From Macrostomum hystrix (taxonomy: Eukaryota > Animalia > Platyhelminthes), in contig CATNEN010000038.1 in NCBI GenBank assembly GCA_950097015.1, positions 11,532,001-11,596,000 of the forward strand: a stretch of 64,000 nt of DNA. The letters are read 5' to 3'. Every line of letters begins with the position of its first letter. Position 1 is the first letter of the stretch. Both the position numbers and the translations under genes were made by a program. The notes beneath the pieces are model-generated. The model saw only the letters and a program-made list of their open reading frames with translations. It did not search any database and was not told the DNA's origin. This document shows positions 61,218 through 64,000 of this stretch, one piece after another.

Positions 61218-62384
61218 ACCCGCCTACCAAAGGCCTATAGCAAAAGAGTTGGTGAAAACGGCCTTGGTAAAGAAAGACGGCAATATAGGTACGACCCAGG
61301 CCATTGCTGCTAGAGGGTAGACTGACACTTCTACTTATAGTAGTTTGAGTGCGCGCTATAATTTAAGTAAGAACTAAATTAATACCACCGCTGTTTACCG
61401 AACTTTTAATCACACTCGCTACACAGAGGTAGTGTCTCTACCTCTAGTGGTAGAGGTAGTCAAAAAGGCATTTGTTTTCGTTATTTTTCGTTTAAAAAAA
61501 GAACGATTTCTCTTTGCGTTTGGTATTTGCTTTTAGAAATAACAATTTGTCTCTGTGCGAGTTTTACTTTGCTTATTTGATTTGTTACGATAAAAAGTCA
61601 TAGTTTTGAGCTGTACGAGTAATACCAATAACACCAATAACTAAAATAATTGGCTGTAAATCTTTTAAAAATGAAAGTGTTTGTAGAACGCTACGATTTA
61701 AATAGGAAATAAAAGTATACGAGCGTATAATGAAAATAATATTTTACGAGTTGTATACCTTACTCGTATAAGTAAGGTATAAGGTATAAGGTATAAAGGT
61801 ATTTTCATGTAACTGAATGAAAATTTGCCGAACCTGTTCTCCGCGACTGAGTCCAAAAATCATTGGGATTTCGCCACCAAAACGCTCAAATCCTATTCTC
61901 TGCTTTGTCGAAAAAAATTACCGAAAAAGACTAATTAAAAAAAAAAAGTCTACGATAAAATACATATTCGGTTGTAAAAATTGTTAAAACTATGCGACAT
62001 TAAAATATTTTCCTCATCCGCAGCTACTGGCCCGGCTCCGGGACGGTCGCCATGTAGGGCCGGGTGGCGTAGCTGCTTCGATCGTGTGGATAGGCGTAGC
62101 TCGGGTGGCTGGTGTAAAGAGATGCCGCTTTGCCTGGCTTTGCGTGCACCGGCAGTGACGGCTCGCCGCGGCCCTGTCGGAGATAAAGTTCGGAGCTTTT
62201 AGGCGGGTTGTGTCGCGGCCTCCACTGTCCATGGACTGAATTACAGCCGCAGACAGTATTTATGCATTGCCACTGGCCCAACACGGCTCATATGCTATTT
62301 CTATTCTAAAATAATAATTATTGATGACACCTGCCCTAATCGGTTCAGATGTGCAGCCGACAGCACAGCCGCAGCTATTGCGCG

Positions 62385-62563
62385 GCGCATCTGAAGGCTG
62401 CGTACGGCTGTTCAGTTCAGTCCATGGACTGGGGGGACGTCACATCCACCCTTAATTACCCCAGCTAATACTGGTACCCATTTAATGGCTGGATGAACTT
62501 AAGCAACACAGAGTTACCCCCGACCTTCGAGTCTTAAGTCTGACGCTCTAACCACTAGGCTAC
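62385..62563 (-). mobile_element. SINE family C copy
   Basis: tRNA-like head GTAGCCTAGTGGTTAGAGCGTCAGACT and CAGTCCATGGACTG palindrome; other fragments near 43260, 43811, 62225 and 63938. Confidence 0.7.
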
Positions 62564-63221
62564 CATACCTCCATATATTCTATAGAGCATGGAGGCTCTA
62601 TGTGGCTATCTTGGCACCACAACACAATTTTGTTGACATCTACAATCTCTGACTCCTCACTATCTTCCTTGACTTTTTAATAGCTAGGCAATTACCGGCA
62701 GGCGCTGCATCTGGTCTTCGAGCGAGCCGTACAGGTGGACCTCCAGCGGCCAGTTCTGTGTGTACAGGCCGCCAGTGGCTCCGTAGCCCTGGTGGCCACC
62801 GGCTGCTAACTTGTCGGCCACATAGTGAACGGACTGCGAAGGTCAAAGTAATTTTGTGAAGTTGCAAGAGTGAAAAAAACGGTACTTAAACTGAGATTCT
62901 TCATGTTGACACTGGAATAGAAAGTGGAATTTCTCCACCCCATGAACAGAATAAGGCAGGCACACGGCAAACAATAATCATGTCTTAAACTCTCCAGGAC
63001 TTGCATGTGTACGAGTAATCTAGTTGCTGACGTGATTCAGAACAAACTTGGCCACCTCTGCTAGGCGGTGCAAGAGGTCAATAGCGACTGTCGGGTTGAA
63101 CATCTGTGTTCAAAGATTCTGACAGAATGTCTGCAAAAACAGCATTGCATTTGAAGTAATTAAGTTTCATTGGCTTGTCGAACACATTTTCCTGGATCAT
63201 CTCAGCCTAGAACATTGTCGC

Positions 63222-63655
63222 ACCAAGGTCACTGAGCTCGATTCCACAGCGAGGCCACATTCATTTGAGGAGCAGCCGCGGAGAGAAGGTTTTGGGGGCT
63301 TGTCGTGTAATTTACGAGTGCACCCTAGACAGTCAAACTCCAAGGCACTGACTGTGAGAATGTACACTGCCTGACGATGAGAAAAATCTGGGTAGATGTA
63401 CACACCTGTGTCAGCGTGTGCCTGCTTACGGTATCAGTGTGCGTGTGTGCAGAACTGCCTCCTCTCTGCATGGCTGCAGGTCTAGTGTCAGATAATTTCA
63501 ATGTGCCTTGGAGGTTGGCCCTGAAGGGCGTGAATCGCACAAGCCCCAAGCCTTTTCTCTGCGGCTGAGCCCCAAATGAATGTGGCCTCGCCGCAGAATC
63601 GAGCTCAGGGACCTTGACGCGAGCGTCATACGCGCTAACAGCTCTGCCACAGACT
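63222..63655. mobile_element. Two convergent SINE family A fragments (+ 63222-63492, - 63502-63655)
   Basis: Both match the 34917-35287 copy, in opposite orientations. Confidence 0.75.
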
Positions 63656-64000
63656 CCCTTATCCCACTTTAATTATGGACTGAACAGTAACGAATGTGAA
63701 AAGCGCGTTCTCATCTCACAGCAAAATTAACTTGAATGACAATCTTACCGTCTGCGCAATGGCCAGGGCGCACTGTTTATCTTTCTCATTGTCGAACGCT
63801 GACAATAGAAATTCGACCCCGACAGTTGACTTGTGATCGATTAGGTAGCTGCAATAGCAGTCGCAATTGACCAGTTGTGTTTTTAAGAAATTACATTTTA
63901 TTATGCACCATATTTTTTTAACTGGTAGAAAGGTAGTTCAGTCCATGGACTGGGGGGGGCGCCACACCCATACTACATTTAACAGCTGGGTGAACTAAAG

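Overview
Eukaryotic (metazoan) genomic DNA. The GC-rich exons, minisatellite-packed introns, TTAGGG tract and tRNA-derived SINEs suggest an invertebrate, possibly a free-living flatworm such as Macrostomum (inference only). I rebuilt five protein-coding genes from splice sites and reading frames: an intronless rhodopsin-class GPCR (-), CFAP68/C11orf1 (-, 2 exons), a 10-exon calcineurin A catalytic subunit (+, about 30.6 kb, 508 aa), a group XII secreted phospholipase A2 (-, 4 exons, ends in DEEL) and a cathepsin L (+, 4 exons). By hand tally roughly 45% of the window is about 20 different minisatellite arrays, which produce all the long low-complexity ORFs in the track. Three SINE families are also present. 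The most notable observations are: two frame-preserving candidate microexons (9 and 27 nt) in the calcineurin regulatory linker, the first with a UGC/UC-repeat neural-microexon signature; a foldback-like pair of inverted satellite arrays; a 1-kb insertion flanked by a ~140-bp duplication and apparently copied from 10 kb away; SINEs inserted inside minisatellites; a B-box-like minisatellite; and an RFX X-box between divergent CFAP68 and calcineurin. I found no clearly new multi-gene system.
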